Positions 20,641-30,040 of a DNA stretch of 64,000 nucleotides are shown here, one piece after another. Each line of letters opens with the position of its first letter. Position 1 is the first letter of the stretch. This DNA comes from Flavobacteriales bacterium (GTDB lineage Bacteria > Bacteroidota > Bacteroidia > NS11-12g > UBA955). Both the position numbers and the translations under genes were made by a program. The stretch lies in assembly GCA_947447955.1 (NCBI GenBank), contig CANFLS010000012.1:2946-66945 (forward strand), given 5' to 3'. The notes beneath the pieces are model-generated. The model was not told the DNA's origin, made no database searches, and saw only the letters and a program-made list of their open reading frames with translations.

Positions 20641-21336
20641 ATGAAAACCATTCTTTCACTTTGTCTTTTTTTATTGAGTGGTTTTGTTTTTTCACAAAAC
20701 GATTCTGCCCAATTTCATAAAATGGATACCATTTCTTTGAATGGAAAACTGTTATCTTTCCAAAACAGAAGCTTGTACGATATTCAGGAAGAAGCAGACA
20801 AAGAGAACATCAATGGATTTTACGCTTTAGAAATTTTCAACGAAAACATAGACAAACAAGTTTGGGCATCCCCAGAAAAGAATTGCGTACAATTTTCACC
20901 TGAAAACACACTTGTTTTTGAGGGAAAAAATGCCTTGCATGTAAATTGGGATAAAATTTCAGGTGGCTGCATTTGGGCTGGAATGGGATTTGGTTGGGAC
21001 AATTGGAGACCCAAAGATATTTCTGCAATTATTGATACAGCAGGTATAGAAATTTATTTCTATTCTCCAGGCACAGACCTAAACAATTTGCCTTTGGCAT
21101 TTGCCATAGAAGATTATTCTGGATCACAAGCCTATGTTGGTTATGCTCCAAAATATCTAACATCCCCAAAAATCAAAGCCAATACTTGGAATAGCTTTAT
21201 TTTGCCGCTGAAGGATTTTCCTTTCACTGCCACCCAAACAGATCCTGGCAATACCAAACAATTCATCATTCAATTCGAAGCAGATGGAAATATCATCTTC
21301 GATAAGATTAAAATAGTATCCCTCAATAAAAAATAA
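20641..21336 (+). CDS. hypothetical secreted protein, CBM-like
   Basis: Signal peptide (VFSQ). Aromatic-rich beta composition (CIWAGMGFGWDNW). Abuts the previous gene. Confidence 0.4.
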   Translation: MKTILSLCLFLLSGFVFSQNDSAQFHKMDTISLNGKLLSFQNRSLYDIQEEADKENINGFYALEIFNENIDKQVWASPEKNCVQFSPENTLVFEGKNALHVNWDKISGGCIWAGMGFGWDNWRPKDISAIIDTAGIEIYFYSPGTDLNNLPLAFAIEDYSGSQAYVGYAPKYLTSPKIKANTWNSFILPLKDFPFTATQTDPGNTKQFIIQFEADGNIIFDKIKIVSLNKK

Positions 21337-21339
21337 AAC

Positions 21340-22179
21340 ATGTTTCGTAAACTCATACTTTTTTGTTCAATTTGTTATCTTTTTGCCAGTTGCGAGCAAT
21401 CTGACCCCAATTCTATTAAGAGAAATCATGTAATTAAAGATTCAGGTGATTTTGTTTTTTCCGGATATGGATGGAGAATCAAATCAAGCACCTTCCCTGT
21501 TGGTCCTGGTCCAAATATTTTTGCAAAAGACAAATCCAATGTATGGGTTGACAGCAACGGCTATTTGCATTTGAAAATCACCAACAACAATGGAAAATGG
21601 CAATCTAGTGAAATTATTTGTACCGAAAATACCGGTTTTGGAACCTATATTTTCACATTGGGCAATGACATCACCAAAATGAATGAAAATATTGTGTTGG
21701 GATTATTTACTTGGGATGACAATACGTTTTCATCTCAGGCAAACAGCGAAGTAGACATTGAATTTGCGCGTTGGTTTAAAGCAAATGATTCTTTGCTATT
21801 AACAACTTCGGTACAACCTGTTTCGTTTGATAATTCAGTGCCATTTGCGGAAAGAACGCATAAGCCAGCCATGATTGTGAGCAAAATGAAACAAGCCACA
21901 ACCCATGCGTTTAAATGGACAGATAAAGAAATTGTTTGGAACAGTTATGTAGGCAAATCATACCCAGGACTTGAACAAATTGCAAACTGGCGTTACGATT
22001 TAAGCAACCAACCTAGGGTAAAAACAGAAGGTGGACGTTCTTCAAATGCAATTGTAATACCCCAACCAGGAAATACAACCAATACAAGAATGAACTTATG
22101 GTTATTGAATGGCTTGGCACCTACAAACGGAAAAACGTTTGAGGTGATTATTGAAAAATACGACTTTATTCCGGCTTAA
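21340..22179 (+). CDS. GH16-like (concanavalin-like glucanase fold) lipoprotein
   Basis: Lipobox (LFASCEQ). SEVDIEFARW matches the GH16 E-x-D-x-E catalytic motif. An upstream WVDSNGYLHLKI...GKWQSSEI segment is typical of GH16. Confidence 0.5.
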   Translation: MFRKLILFCSICYLFASCEQSDPNSIKRNHVIKDSGDFVFSGYGWRIKSSTFPVGPGPNIFAKDKSNVWVDSNGYLHLKITNNNGKWQSSEIICTENTGFGTYIFTLGNDITKMNENIVLGLFTWDDNTFSSQANSEVDIEFARWFKANDSLLLTTSVQPVSFDNSVPFAERTHKPAMIVSKMKQATTHAFKWTDKEIVWNSYVGKSYPGLEQIANWRYDLSNQPRVKTEGGRSSNAIVIPQPGNTTNTRMNLWLLNGLAPTNGKTFEVIIEKYDFIPA

Positions 22180-22180
22180 G

Positions 22181-23038
22181 TTAAAATCTGTAAGTGAAAT
22201 AGATAACAGTTGCAGGAGTTAATTGCGTTGTTACCATAGTGGTCATTGGCTCAGTAGTTTCATTTTTACTTGCTTCAAAATATTTATTCATTCCCACATT
22301 GTATTCAACTTGACGGTCAATTCTGTTAACGGTTGTTTTCATTGAAGTAATTTGAATAGCCGATTCAACACCCGCATAAAACGATTTATATACTTTCAAT
22401 TGCGCGCCAATTCCCAAACCGAAGGAATTAATTTTGCTGCTTGAGGAATATTCATTCTTGTAAAAACTCAAGATGGTTCTTCCTTTGCCAGTTCCAAAAG
22501 TACTCGTGGCATTTGCACTTGATTGTATGTACCCACTTTGTCCGAAAGACAAATCGGCAAATGAATACATAGTTAGGCCTTTCTGATTTACAAAGCGAAA
22601 CTGAAATCCCAAAGATAAATTCACATTCGAACTTGAATATTTCAAAACGTTAAATTCATCGGGAATGGCAACAGCCAAATCACCATTGTTAAACGCATTT
22701 CTATTTTGGTCGTTAATAGTTCCATCTATTTTGGCACGAACTGCATATTTTCCAGACTTAAAATAACGGCGATACATTACAGAGTTACCTCCACCCCATG
22801 AATTTTGAAAAAACATTGGAAATAAATTCTGAATGCAAATTTCATTGCTCAAATTGGTTTGATCCCAAGGCAAAATATCAATTGTTTTTGTAACGGAATC
22901 ACTTTGGGCATGCAAAACAGACAAAACACCACACATTCCAATTAGGAACAAAGATTTCATTTTCATAGTTCTCATAAACTTTTGCAAGTTACAAAATATA
23001 AGGAACACAAAATATCCCTCAATATTTAAAAACTCCAA
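22181..23038 (-). CDS. outer-membrane beta-barrel protein, porin-like (probable start about 22966, MKMKSLF...)
   Basis: Signal peptide. C-terminal YFTYRF. Paralogous to the next gene (shared NAFNNGDLAV.IP.E.N, RTILSF, GIGAQ.K.YK.F). Confidence 0.5.
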   Translation of the reverse strand: MEFLNIEGYFVFLIFCNLQKFMRTMKMKSLFLIGMCGVLSVLHAQSDSVTKTIDILPWDQTNLSNEICIQNLFPMFFQNSWGGGNSVMYRRYFKSGKYAVRAKIDGTINDQNRNAFNNGDLAVAIPDEFNVLKYSSSNVNLSLGFQFRFVNQKGLTMYSFADLSFGQSGYIQSSANATSTFGTGKGRTILSFYKNEYSSSSKINSFGLGIGAQLKVYKSFYAGVESAIQITSMKTTVNRIDRQVEYNVGMNKYFEASKNETTEPMTTMVTTQLTPATVIYFTYRF

Positions 23039-23058
23039 CTAAATGACATCAACTCTGG

Positions 23059-23850
23059 TTAAAACTTGTAAGTAAAATAAATTGCCGACGAGGGAGTAAA
23101 ATACAAATTTGTTGCCGTTGTAGATGGATCGCTGGTTACATTTACGGAAGTAGGAAAATATGAATTTGAACTGATCGTGTATTCAATATTTTTAACCGTG
23201 GTTGCATTTGATGTTACTTTAGCTTGATTCACTTGTACAATGACTGATTCAAATGCAATAAAAAAGTTTTTATAACATTTCATTTGTGCACCAATACCGG
23301 TATTTAACATCATTGTTTGATTAGAACTATGAACATCTGTGAGGTTAAAGCTGAGTATGGTTCTTCCTTTACCCACTCCAGTGGAATTCTGAACCCACAT
23401 CGACGTAGAATTGTAATTCCCAAAACCCAAAGTAAAATCAGCCAAGGCATACATTTGAAAATCCCGTTGATAAACCAAAAAAAGATGCTGAAAGCCAAGT
23501 GTATAATTAAAATTGGAATTCCCGTTGTCAAACCGATTGTATTCTTCCGGTATTGGAACGGCCAAATCATTGTTATTAAATGCATTTCTTTTTTGTTCAG
23601 TGTAATTTCCCGATATTTTAAACCGAATTCCCGATTTCCCGCCATTAAAGTAACGTCGATAAATCAAGGCGTTGGTACCTCCGCCATTGGTAAAAAAAGA
23701 GGGAAAGAAATTCTGAACACACATCTCATTTTTCCAATATGTAACAAAACATCCCACACCATATATTTTATTCTTTATTGAGTCCTTTTGACCAAATAAC
23801 AACGAACTTGTGCATAACGCCACCGTAAAAATGAATACTTTGATTTTCAT
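23059..23850 (-). CDS. outer-membrane beta-barrel protein, tandem paralog of previous
   Basis: Signal peptide (LLFGQ). C-terminal YFTYKF. Motifs shared with 22181-23038. Confidence 0.5.
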   Translation of the reverse strand: MKIKVFIFTVALCTSSLLFGQKDSIKNKIYGVGCFVTYWKNEMCVQNFFPSFFTNGGGTNALIYRRYFNGGKSGIRFKISGNYTEQKRNAFNNNDLAVPIPEEYNRFDNGNSNFNYTLGFQHLFLVYQRDFQMYALADFTLGFGNYNSTSMWVQNSTGVGKGRTILSFNLTDVHSSNQTMMLNTGIGAQMKCYKNFFIAFESVIVQVNQAKVTSNATTVKNIEYTISSNSYFPTSVNVTSDPSTTATNLYFTPSSAIYFTYKF

Positions 23851-23959
23851 AAAGTTTATATAAACGCAATTTAACTAAAAATACAATACTTATCCCCAAA
23901 AATTTAACGTACCGTTAACTTTCAATTTGCTGTCTTAAATTTGAATTTTATAATTTACT

Positions 23960-25099
23960 GTGACCTTTCAAGATTTTATCAATAACCTCAGATTTGAACA
24001 AGTGGACATGATCCTCTGTGTTTTGGCAACTGTTTTATTTTCAGTGGGATGGTTTTACTTTTTCTATTACTTCAACCCCATCAAACTTACTCCAAGTGAA
24101 CCAATTACAGCATTCCCACCTGTGTCAATTATTATTTCTGCAAGAAATTCAGTACTAAAACTTGAAGACAATATCCAACACTGGCTAACACAAGATTATC
24201 CAAATTTTGAGGTTGTCATTATTGACGACCGCAGCAGCGATGAAACTGCTTATTTCCTAGTAAAAACTGCCGAAAAAGAACCCCTTTTAAAATATGTGCT
24301 CCTCGATCCAGATGTAATTAAAAATGGAAGCAAAAAACTTGCGCTTACTCTTGGTATCAAAAAAGCAAAAAACAATTACTTTCTACTCACCGATGCCGAC
24401 TGTATTCCAAGCTCCGACCAATGGTTAAAGCACATGGCAACTGGATTTACACACAAAAAAGACATCGTTTTGGGTGTTTCTCCAGTGAATACCAAAAAAT
24501 CATTTTTAGGCCGTTTAACCCAATATGAAAATCTTCTCACCGCCATGCAATATCTCGGAATGTCTATCAAGGGCAAAACTTATATGGGCGTTGGCCGAAA
24601 CTTGGCATATACCAGAGGTATTTACGACAGTGTAGGTGGATTTTCTAAACACCACCATTTGCCAGCCGGCGACGATGATTTGTTTGTACAAGAAGCATCA
24701 AATGCCAACAACACCATAGTTTGTATTCAACCTGAAAGCTATGTAAATACAGAAGGTCCTAAAAACTGGAAAGAATATTGGAAACAAAAAATGCGTCATT
24801 TGTGGATTGGCAAACAATACCGCAGCGACGTTAAAACCAGCCTCGCTTGGTTACCAATTTCTCAATTGCTGTTTTGGACAATCATCATTATTTGGTTTAT
24901 TACAGGAAGCAGTTGGTTGTGGCCAATCATTCCTATCATTGTGAAAATTGTTCCTGAATGGATCATTTTTGTTAAAAAAGGCAAATTGTTAAACATGCCT
25001 TTGGCTGGCCCTTATTACCTGTTCTATAATATTTTCTATAGCTTCTGGTACGTGGTTATTTCAATGAATGCATTCTTTAAACGCAAAATCGTATGGTAA
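23960..25099 (+). CDS. family-2 glycosyltransferase (membrane-anchored)
   Basis: VSIIISARN...FEVVIIDDRSSDET...LLTDADCIP (DxD) GT2-A fold motifs. C-terminal TM helices. Confidence 0.7.
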   Translation: MTFQDFINNLRFEQVDMILCVLATVLFSVGWFYFFYYFNPIKLTPSEPITAFPPVSIIISARNSVLKLEDNIQHWLTQDYPNFEVVIIDDRSSDETAYFLVKTAEKEPLLKYVLLDPDVIKNGSKKLALTLGIKKAKNNYFLLTDADCIPSSDQWLKHMATGFTHKKDIVLGVSPVNTKKSFLGRLTQYENLLTAMQYLGMSIKGKTYMGVGRNLAYTRGIYDSVGGFSKHHHLPAGDDDLFVQEASNANNTIVCIQPESYVNTEGPKNWKEYWKQKMRHLWIGKQYRSDVKTSLAWLPISQLLFWTIIIIWFITGSSWLWPIIPIIVKIVPEWIIFVKKGKLLNMPLAGPYYLFYNIFYSFWYVVISMNAFFKRKIVW

Positions 25100-25716
25100 C
25101 ATCAGCACTCATTGAACAGTATTTTCCGAACCTCACAGACCTGCAAAAAGAGCAGTTTGCTGCCCTTTACGACCTTTATACCTTCCATAACGAACGTGTA
25201 AATGTGATTTCACGCAAAGACATGGAGAACTTCTATATTCACCATGTGCTTCACTCTTTGGCGTTGGTTAAATTTTGTAATTTCGAGGGAATCAATACCG
25301 TGATCGATATTGGTACAGGTGGTGGATTTCCTGGAATTCCGCTAGGAATCATGTTCCCCGATATCAAATTTCACCTGGTAGATAGCATTGGTAAAAAAAT
25401 CAATGTGGTGAATGAAGTTGCCCAATCTATAGGATTGAAAAACGTATTGGGCGAACAATTGAGAACCGAACAATCCGAATATGCTTATGACTTGGCAGTT
25501 GCCCGAGCCGTAGCTCCTGCAGTTCAATTATTTGATTGGATGAAAGACAATTGGGAAGATAAACCCAAATTTTACCTACTCAAAGGCGGCGACTTAACTG
25601 AAGAACTCAACGAACTGTTGCAATTTTCTCCCCGTTTGAGAATCAAATCAAACAACATATCTAAAATATTTAAAGAAGATTTCTTCGAAACAAAAAAGGT
25701 GATTACCATAGAGTAA
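25093..25716 (+). CDS. rsmG: 16S rRNA (guanine527-N7)-methyltransferase RsmG
   Basis: VIDIGTGGGFPGIPLGI SAM motif. About 207 aa. Typical RsmG/GidB sequence. 7-bp overlap with the upstream GT2. Confidence 0.85.
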   Translation: MVTSALIEQYFPNLTDLQKEQFAALYDLYTFHNERVNVISRKDMENFYIHHVLHSLALVKFCNFEGINTVIDIGTGGGFPGIPLGIMFPDIKFHLVDSIGKKINVVNEVAQSIGLKNVLGEQLRTEQSEYAYDLAVARAVAPAVQLFDWMKDNWEDKPKFYLLKGGDLTEELNELLQFSPRLRIKSNNISKIFKEDFFETKKVITIE

Positions 25717-25745
25717 CCACCTTTTTTTTTATTTTGAGGGACAGT

Positions 25746-28373
25746 TTACAGTCCCAATATTTCTTTTGCTTTTGCAATGGCATTGTCTAAGCCCGCTGCA
25801 TCTTTACCTCCCGCTGTAGCGAAGAACTTTTGTCCTCCCCCTCCCCCTTGGATAAATTTACCGCATTCTCTAACCATAGCTGATGCGTCCCAACCTTTTT
25901 CAGCCACCAAATTCTCTTCAATGTAAATGGCCAAGCCCGGTTTTTCATCTGCGGTATATCCTAAAATACATACCAGGTTAGGCAACTCTTGTTTCAATTG
26001 AAAACAAAGCTGTTTTGCGGCTTCTGCCGAAGGCAATTGCAAATTTGCCTGCACTATATTCAAACCGTTGCTTTGTTGCACAGACGACATTAATTCAGCC
26101 TTAATTTGTGCTATTTGAATGTTTTCAAACGATTCAATTTTCTTACTCAACTGATTGTTATCGGCAAATAACTTTTGAATTGCTTGTAAAATATCTTTGG
26201 GATTATTTAAGCACTCAGAAATTTCAGTCAACAATTGCAATTTTTCAGCAATGTAATTCATCGCTTTTTCATTGGTAATGGCTTCAATTCTTCTAACCCC
26301 AGCGCTCACACTTCCCTCAGAAATAAGTTTAAAGAACCCAATTTGTGAAGTATTGGCAACATGTGTTCCACCACAAAGTTCCATTGAATAAGCCCTATCA
26401 AATTCTATTACCCTAACAAAATCACCATATTTTTCACCGAAAAGCGCAGTAGCGCCCATGTCAATGGCATTTTGAATTGGAATATTTCTGTGTTCTAACA
26501 ATGCAATGCCCTCTTGGATTTTGGCATTTACCATGGTTTCAACTTGGGTAATTTCCTCATCGGTCATTTTGCCAAAATGAGAAAAGTCAAAACGCAAACT
26601 TTCATCGTTCACTAAACTTCCCTTTTGTGCAACGTGTGTTCCCAAAACCCTTTGCAAAGCACTGTGCATCAAATGTGTGGCACTGTGATTGGCAGATATT
26701 TTCAATCGGCGGTGTTCGTTCACTTTTGCAGTAAATGATTGTGAAGGATTTTTAATTGCTTGATTTGAAATCAATATATGCAATTTGTTTTCCTTGGTTG
26801 TATCTACAATTTGAATGGTTTCGCCATCTTCGCCAACCAAAATACCTGTATCACCAACCTGTCCACCACTTTCTGCATAAAACGGACAAACATCCAACAC
26901 AATTTGGGTGATGTTCTTCCCTTTTACCGTAACTGATCTATGTCTAGAAATAAGTGTGTTGCACTCGGTTTTGTCGTATCCAACAAAACTCTCCTCCAAA
27001 GATTCATAAACCACTTGCCAGTCGCCAGTTTCTTTTTGTGCATCGGCTTTACTTCTTTGCTTTTGCTCGTTAAGCAATTTCTCAAAGCCTGCAATATCAA
27101 TATCAATTGACTTTTCACGGGCAATAACCTCGGTCAAATCAATTGGAAAACCATACGTATCATAAAGTTCAAATGCCATTTCACCAGAAATTCCTTTGTT
27201 CGGATTTTCATTAAAATAAGCGGTTAATTTACCCATACCCAAACTCAATGTTCTAAAGAAAGAAATTTCCTCTTCTTTAACAACACGTTGAATGAATGCC
27301 AATTGACTGTTTAATTCTGTAAACGAATTTGCAAAATAAGCTGCCAAATCTGCCAACAATTCATGCATGAACGGCTCATTGAAACCCAAATAGCTATACC
27401 CATAACGAACAGCCCTACGCAAAATTCTACGAACCACATAACCAGCTCCGTTGTTGGCTGGCAATTGTCCATCGGCAATACACATACTCACCGCACGGAT
27501 ATGGTCGGCAATTACCCTAAAGGCAATGTCTTGAGCTTCGTTATCGCCGTAATTTTTGCCACATAAACTGGCAGTTTTTTGAATGATAAATTGGAAAATA
27601 TCTGTATCGTAATTCGACGATTTACCTTGAATTACCCTAACCAAACGCTCAAATCCCATTCCGGTATCAACATGCTGAGCAGGAAGTTTTTCCAAAGAGC
27701 CGTCGGCCTTTCTGTTAAACTCCATGAACACGTTATTCCAAATTTCAATCACTTCAGGATTGTCTTTATTTACCAATGTGGCGCCATCCACTTTTGCGCG
27801 GTCTTCATCAGAACGCATATCAAAATGGATTTCGGTGCAGGGTCCACAAGGACCGGTATCGCCCATTTCCCAAAAATTGTCTTTTTTATTTCCGTTGATT
27901 ATTTTTGATTTATCAATGCGGGCAGCCCAAATATCGTAAGCTTCTTGATCGAAGTGGATATTAGCGGCTTCGTCTCCCTCAAAAACAGATACATACAAAC
28001 GGTCTTTGTCTAGTCCATACACTTCGGTGAGAAGTTCCCACGCCCAAGCAATGGCATCGGCTTTAAAATAATCGCCAAAGCTCCAGTTACCGAGCATTTC
28101 GAACATAGTATGGTGGTAATGGTCGTGCCCTACCTCATCCAAATCGTTATGTTTTCCGCTTACTCTCAAACATTTTTGGCTATTGGCAACACGTTTTTGC
28201 GTGGCCACGGCGTTTCCTAAGAAATAATCTTTAAATTGATTCATACCGGCGTTGGTAAACATCAACGTAGGATCTCCTTTCACCACAATGGGTGCAGAAG
28301 GAACAATGCGGTGATTTTTGCTTTCGAAAAACGCTAAAAACTTTGCCTTAATTTCTTGAGATGTAAGTGACAT
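25746..28373 (-). CDS. alaS: alanine--tRNA ligase
   Basis: 875 aa. N-terminal ...FTNAGMNQFKD class-II motif. HSATHLMH and C-terminal DHHA1-type GGGG region. Confidence 0.95.
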   Translation of the reverse strand: MSLTSQEIKAKFLAFFESKNHRIVPSAPIVVKGDPTLMFTNAGMNQFKDYFLGNAVATQKRVANSQKCLRVSGKHNDLDEVGHDHYHHTMFEMLGNWSFGDYFKADAIAWAWELLTEVYGLDKDRLYVSVFEGDEAANIHFDQEAYDIWAARIDKSKIINGNKKDNFWEMGDTGPCGPCTEIHFDMRSDEDRAKVDGATLVNKDNPEVIEIWNNVFMEFNRKADGSLEKLPAQHVDTGMGFERLVRVIQGKSSNYDTDIFQFIIQKTASLCGKNYGDNEAQDIAFRVIADHIRAVSMCIADGQLPANNGAGYVVRRILRRAVRYGYSYLGFNEPFMHELLADLAAYFANSFTELNSQLAFIQRVVKEEEISFFRTLSLGMGKLTAYFNENPNKGISGEMAFELYDTYGFPIDLTEVIAREKSIDIDIAGFEKLLNEQKQRSKADAQKETGDWQVVYESLEESFVGYDKTECNTLISRHRSVTVKGKNITQIVLDVCPFYAESGGQVGDTGILVGEDGETIQIVDTTKENKLHILISNQAIKNPSQSFTAKVNEHRRLKISANHSATHLMHSALQRVLGTHVAQKGSLVNDESLRFDFSHFGKMTDEEITQVETMVNAKIQEGIALLEHRNIPIQNAIDMGATALFGEKYGDFVRVIEFDRAYSMELCGGTHVANTSQIGFFKLISEGSVSAGVRRIEAITNEKAMNYIAEKLQLLTEISECLNNPKDILQAIQKLFADNNQLSKKIESFENIQIAQIKAELMSSVQQSNGLNIVQANLQLPSAEAAKQLCFQLKQELPNLVCILGYTADEKPGLAIYIEENLVAEKGWDASAMVRECGKFIQGGGGGQKFFATAGGKDAAGLDNAIAKAKEILGL

Positions 28374-28400
28374 AATTAGAGTGCAAAGATAAACAAAAAA

Positions 28401-28449
28401 GGTTAGACGGATTAGACAGATTAGACAGATTAGACGGATTAGACAGATT
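28401..28449 (+). repeat. GATTAGACR 9-bp tandem repeat x5
   Basis: ggttagacg gattagaca gattagaca gattagacg gattagaca seen directly. Confidence 0.9.
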
Positions 28450-28480
28450 TTTGGGTTTTTGAAAATTAAACAGGCGCAGC

Positions 28481-28578
28481 CGTAAACAGCGAAGCGTCAA
28501 CAGCATAGCGTAAACTACCGAAGGTGTAAACCGCGAAGCGTAAACTTGCGAAGCAATCTAAACGCACGAAGTGCCTCA
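28481..28578 (+). repeat. degenerate 14-16-bp GCGAAGCGTAAAC-type module run
   Basis: cgtaaacagcgaagcgtcaacagcatagcgtaaactaccgaaggtgtaaaccgcgaagcgtaaacttgcgaagcaatctaaacgcacgaagtgcctcat. Related modules recur at 31.2, 34.9, 36.2, 38.9, 39.7 and 56.5 kb. Confidence 0.8.
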
Positions 28579-28582
28579 TTAG

Positions 28583-28667
28583 TTTGTTTTTTTATCATTT
28601 TAAGAGTTTGATTGGTTTGTATTTTTATCATTTTAAATGTTTTATTGGTTTGTATTTTTATCATTTT
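28583..28667 (+). repeat. about 30-bp direct repeat x2.5 (ttGattggtttgtatttttatcatttt)
   Basis: Near-identical copies at 28607-28634 and 28641-28667, plus a partial copy at 28583-28601. A related segment occurs at 34943-34968. Confidence 0.75.
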
Positions 28668-28678
28668 CATTATATTTG
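28649..28678 (+). promoter_or_regulatory. Candidate promoter for the AAA ATPase gene (-33 TTTG / -7 TATATTTG)
   Basis: TTTG at 28649-28652. TATATTTG at 28671-28678 is a perfect TAnnTTTG, spaced 18 nt from the TTTG and 22 nt before the ATG at 28700. Confidence 0.4.
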
Positions 28679-28699
28679 TATCATAATTAAATACTTACA

Positions 28700-30040
28700 A
28701 TGTACATTCAAAGAACAATTGATACAGATCTTATACTTTGGAAAAATGCAGAACAGCGTAAACCTCTTTTAATTAGAGGAGCAAGACAAGTTGGCAAATC
28801 AACTGCTGTAAGAAATTTAGCAAAGGATTTTAAGTCCTTCATAGAAATCAATTTTGACGAAGAACCGCTTTTAAGAAACCTTTTTGAGAATATTAAATCG
28901 ATTGAAGAATTATTAGAACAACTCGCAATCATCTATCAAACTCCTATAATTGAGGGAGAAACACTAATTTTTCTTGATGAAATTCAAGCCTGCCTAACAG
29001 CAATTTCATTATTGAGATATTTTTATGAAAAAAAACCATATATCCATATCATTGCCGCTGGGTCACTTTTGGAATTTGCATTAACCGAATTGCCGTCTTT
29101 TGGCGTAGGTAGAATTCGATCTATCTTTATGTATCCATTGTCTTTCAATGAGTTTCTCATAGCAATGAACGAATCTCAATTGCTAAAATTATTAGAAAAA
29201 TCAGATAGCCAAAACCCCGTAAGTCCCATACTACATGAAAAATTGAAGCTCTATTTAAAGAAATTTTTTATTATTGGAGGGATGCCAGAAGCTGTGAACG
29301 CCTATGTGCAAAGGAAAGATTTAATTGAAGTTCAAAGAATTTTAGACGATTTAGTTATTTCAATTCAAGCAGACTTTAGTAAATACAATAAAAGAATCTC
29401 TGTTCATCGAATCCAATCAGTTTTTGAGAATCTGATTCAACAAGTTGGTTCCAAATTCAAATATTCAAGTCACTACAGCGAATTAAATGGAATACAAGTG
29501 AAACAGGTGGTTGATTTATTGGAATTGGCGGGATTGGTACATTCTGTTACTCACTCCTCTTGTAACGGAATTCCATTGGGTGCAGAATCAAATATGAAAA
29601 AACGCAAATTTCTCATTTTCGATACTGGAATTTTCCAAAGAATCTTAGGGTTAGATGTTTCATCTCTCCTATTAAATAATGAATACCAAGTTATTAATAA
29701 GGGAAACATTGCAGAGTTATTCATTGGGCTCGAATTAATAAAAACAAATTCGCCATATGAAAAATCGCCTTTATATTATTGGCATAGAGAGTCAAAAAGT
29801 AGTCAAGCTGAAGTTGATTATGTAATACAAAAGGGCGAACAAATCATTCCCATTGAAGTAAAGTCAGGAACAAAGGGAACAATGCAAAGTTTACATATTT
29901 TCATGGCAGAAAAATCTATAAATGTAGGTGTAAGATGTTCATTAGAGAATTTCGGCACAATTAACAATATAAAAATTCTGCCTTTGTATGCGATTAGTCA
30001 ATTAAGAATGGATTATCCCGAAAGCTTTCGGGAGGATTAG
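28700..30040 (+). CDS. AAA-family ATPase with DUF4143-type C-terminal domain (COG1373-like)
   Basis: Walker A LLIRGARQVGKST. Walker B LIFLDEIQ. About 440-aa architecture typical of this family. The last 10 codons (…MDYPESFRED*) are encoded by the palindromic repeat element. Confidence 0.7.
   Translation: MYIQRTIDTDLILWKNAEQRKPLLIRGARQVGKSTAVRNLAKDFKSFIEINFDEEPLLRNLFENIKSIEELLEQLAIIYQTPIIEGETLIFLDEIQACLTAISLLRYFYEKKPYIHIIAAGSLLEFALTELPSFGVGRIRSIFMYPLSFNEFLIAMNESQLLKLLEKSDSQNPVSPILHEKLKLYLKKFFIIGGMPEAVNAYVQRKDLIEVQRILDDLVISIQADFSKYNKRISVHRIQSVFENLIQQVGSKFKYSSHYSELNGIQVKQVVDLLELAGLVHSVTHSSCNGIPLGAESNMKKRKFLIFDTGIFQRILGLDVSSLLLNNEYQVINKGNIAELFIGLELIKTNSPYEKSPLYYWHRESKSSQAEVDYVIQKGEQIIPIEVKSGTKGTMQSLHIFMAEKSINVGVRCSLENFGTINNIKILPLYAISQLRMDYPESFRED

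Noticed and set aside
25727-25745. 13-mer tttgagggacaat/g recurring at 25729, 31386 and 60861 as a possible conserved regulatory site
   Set aside because: Only the 60861 copy sits sensibly, as part of a TAnnTTTG -7 box ahead of recG. The other two face gene 3' ends on the wrong strand. Three AT-rich 13-mers in 64 kb may be chance.
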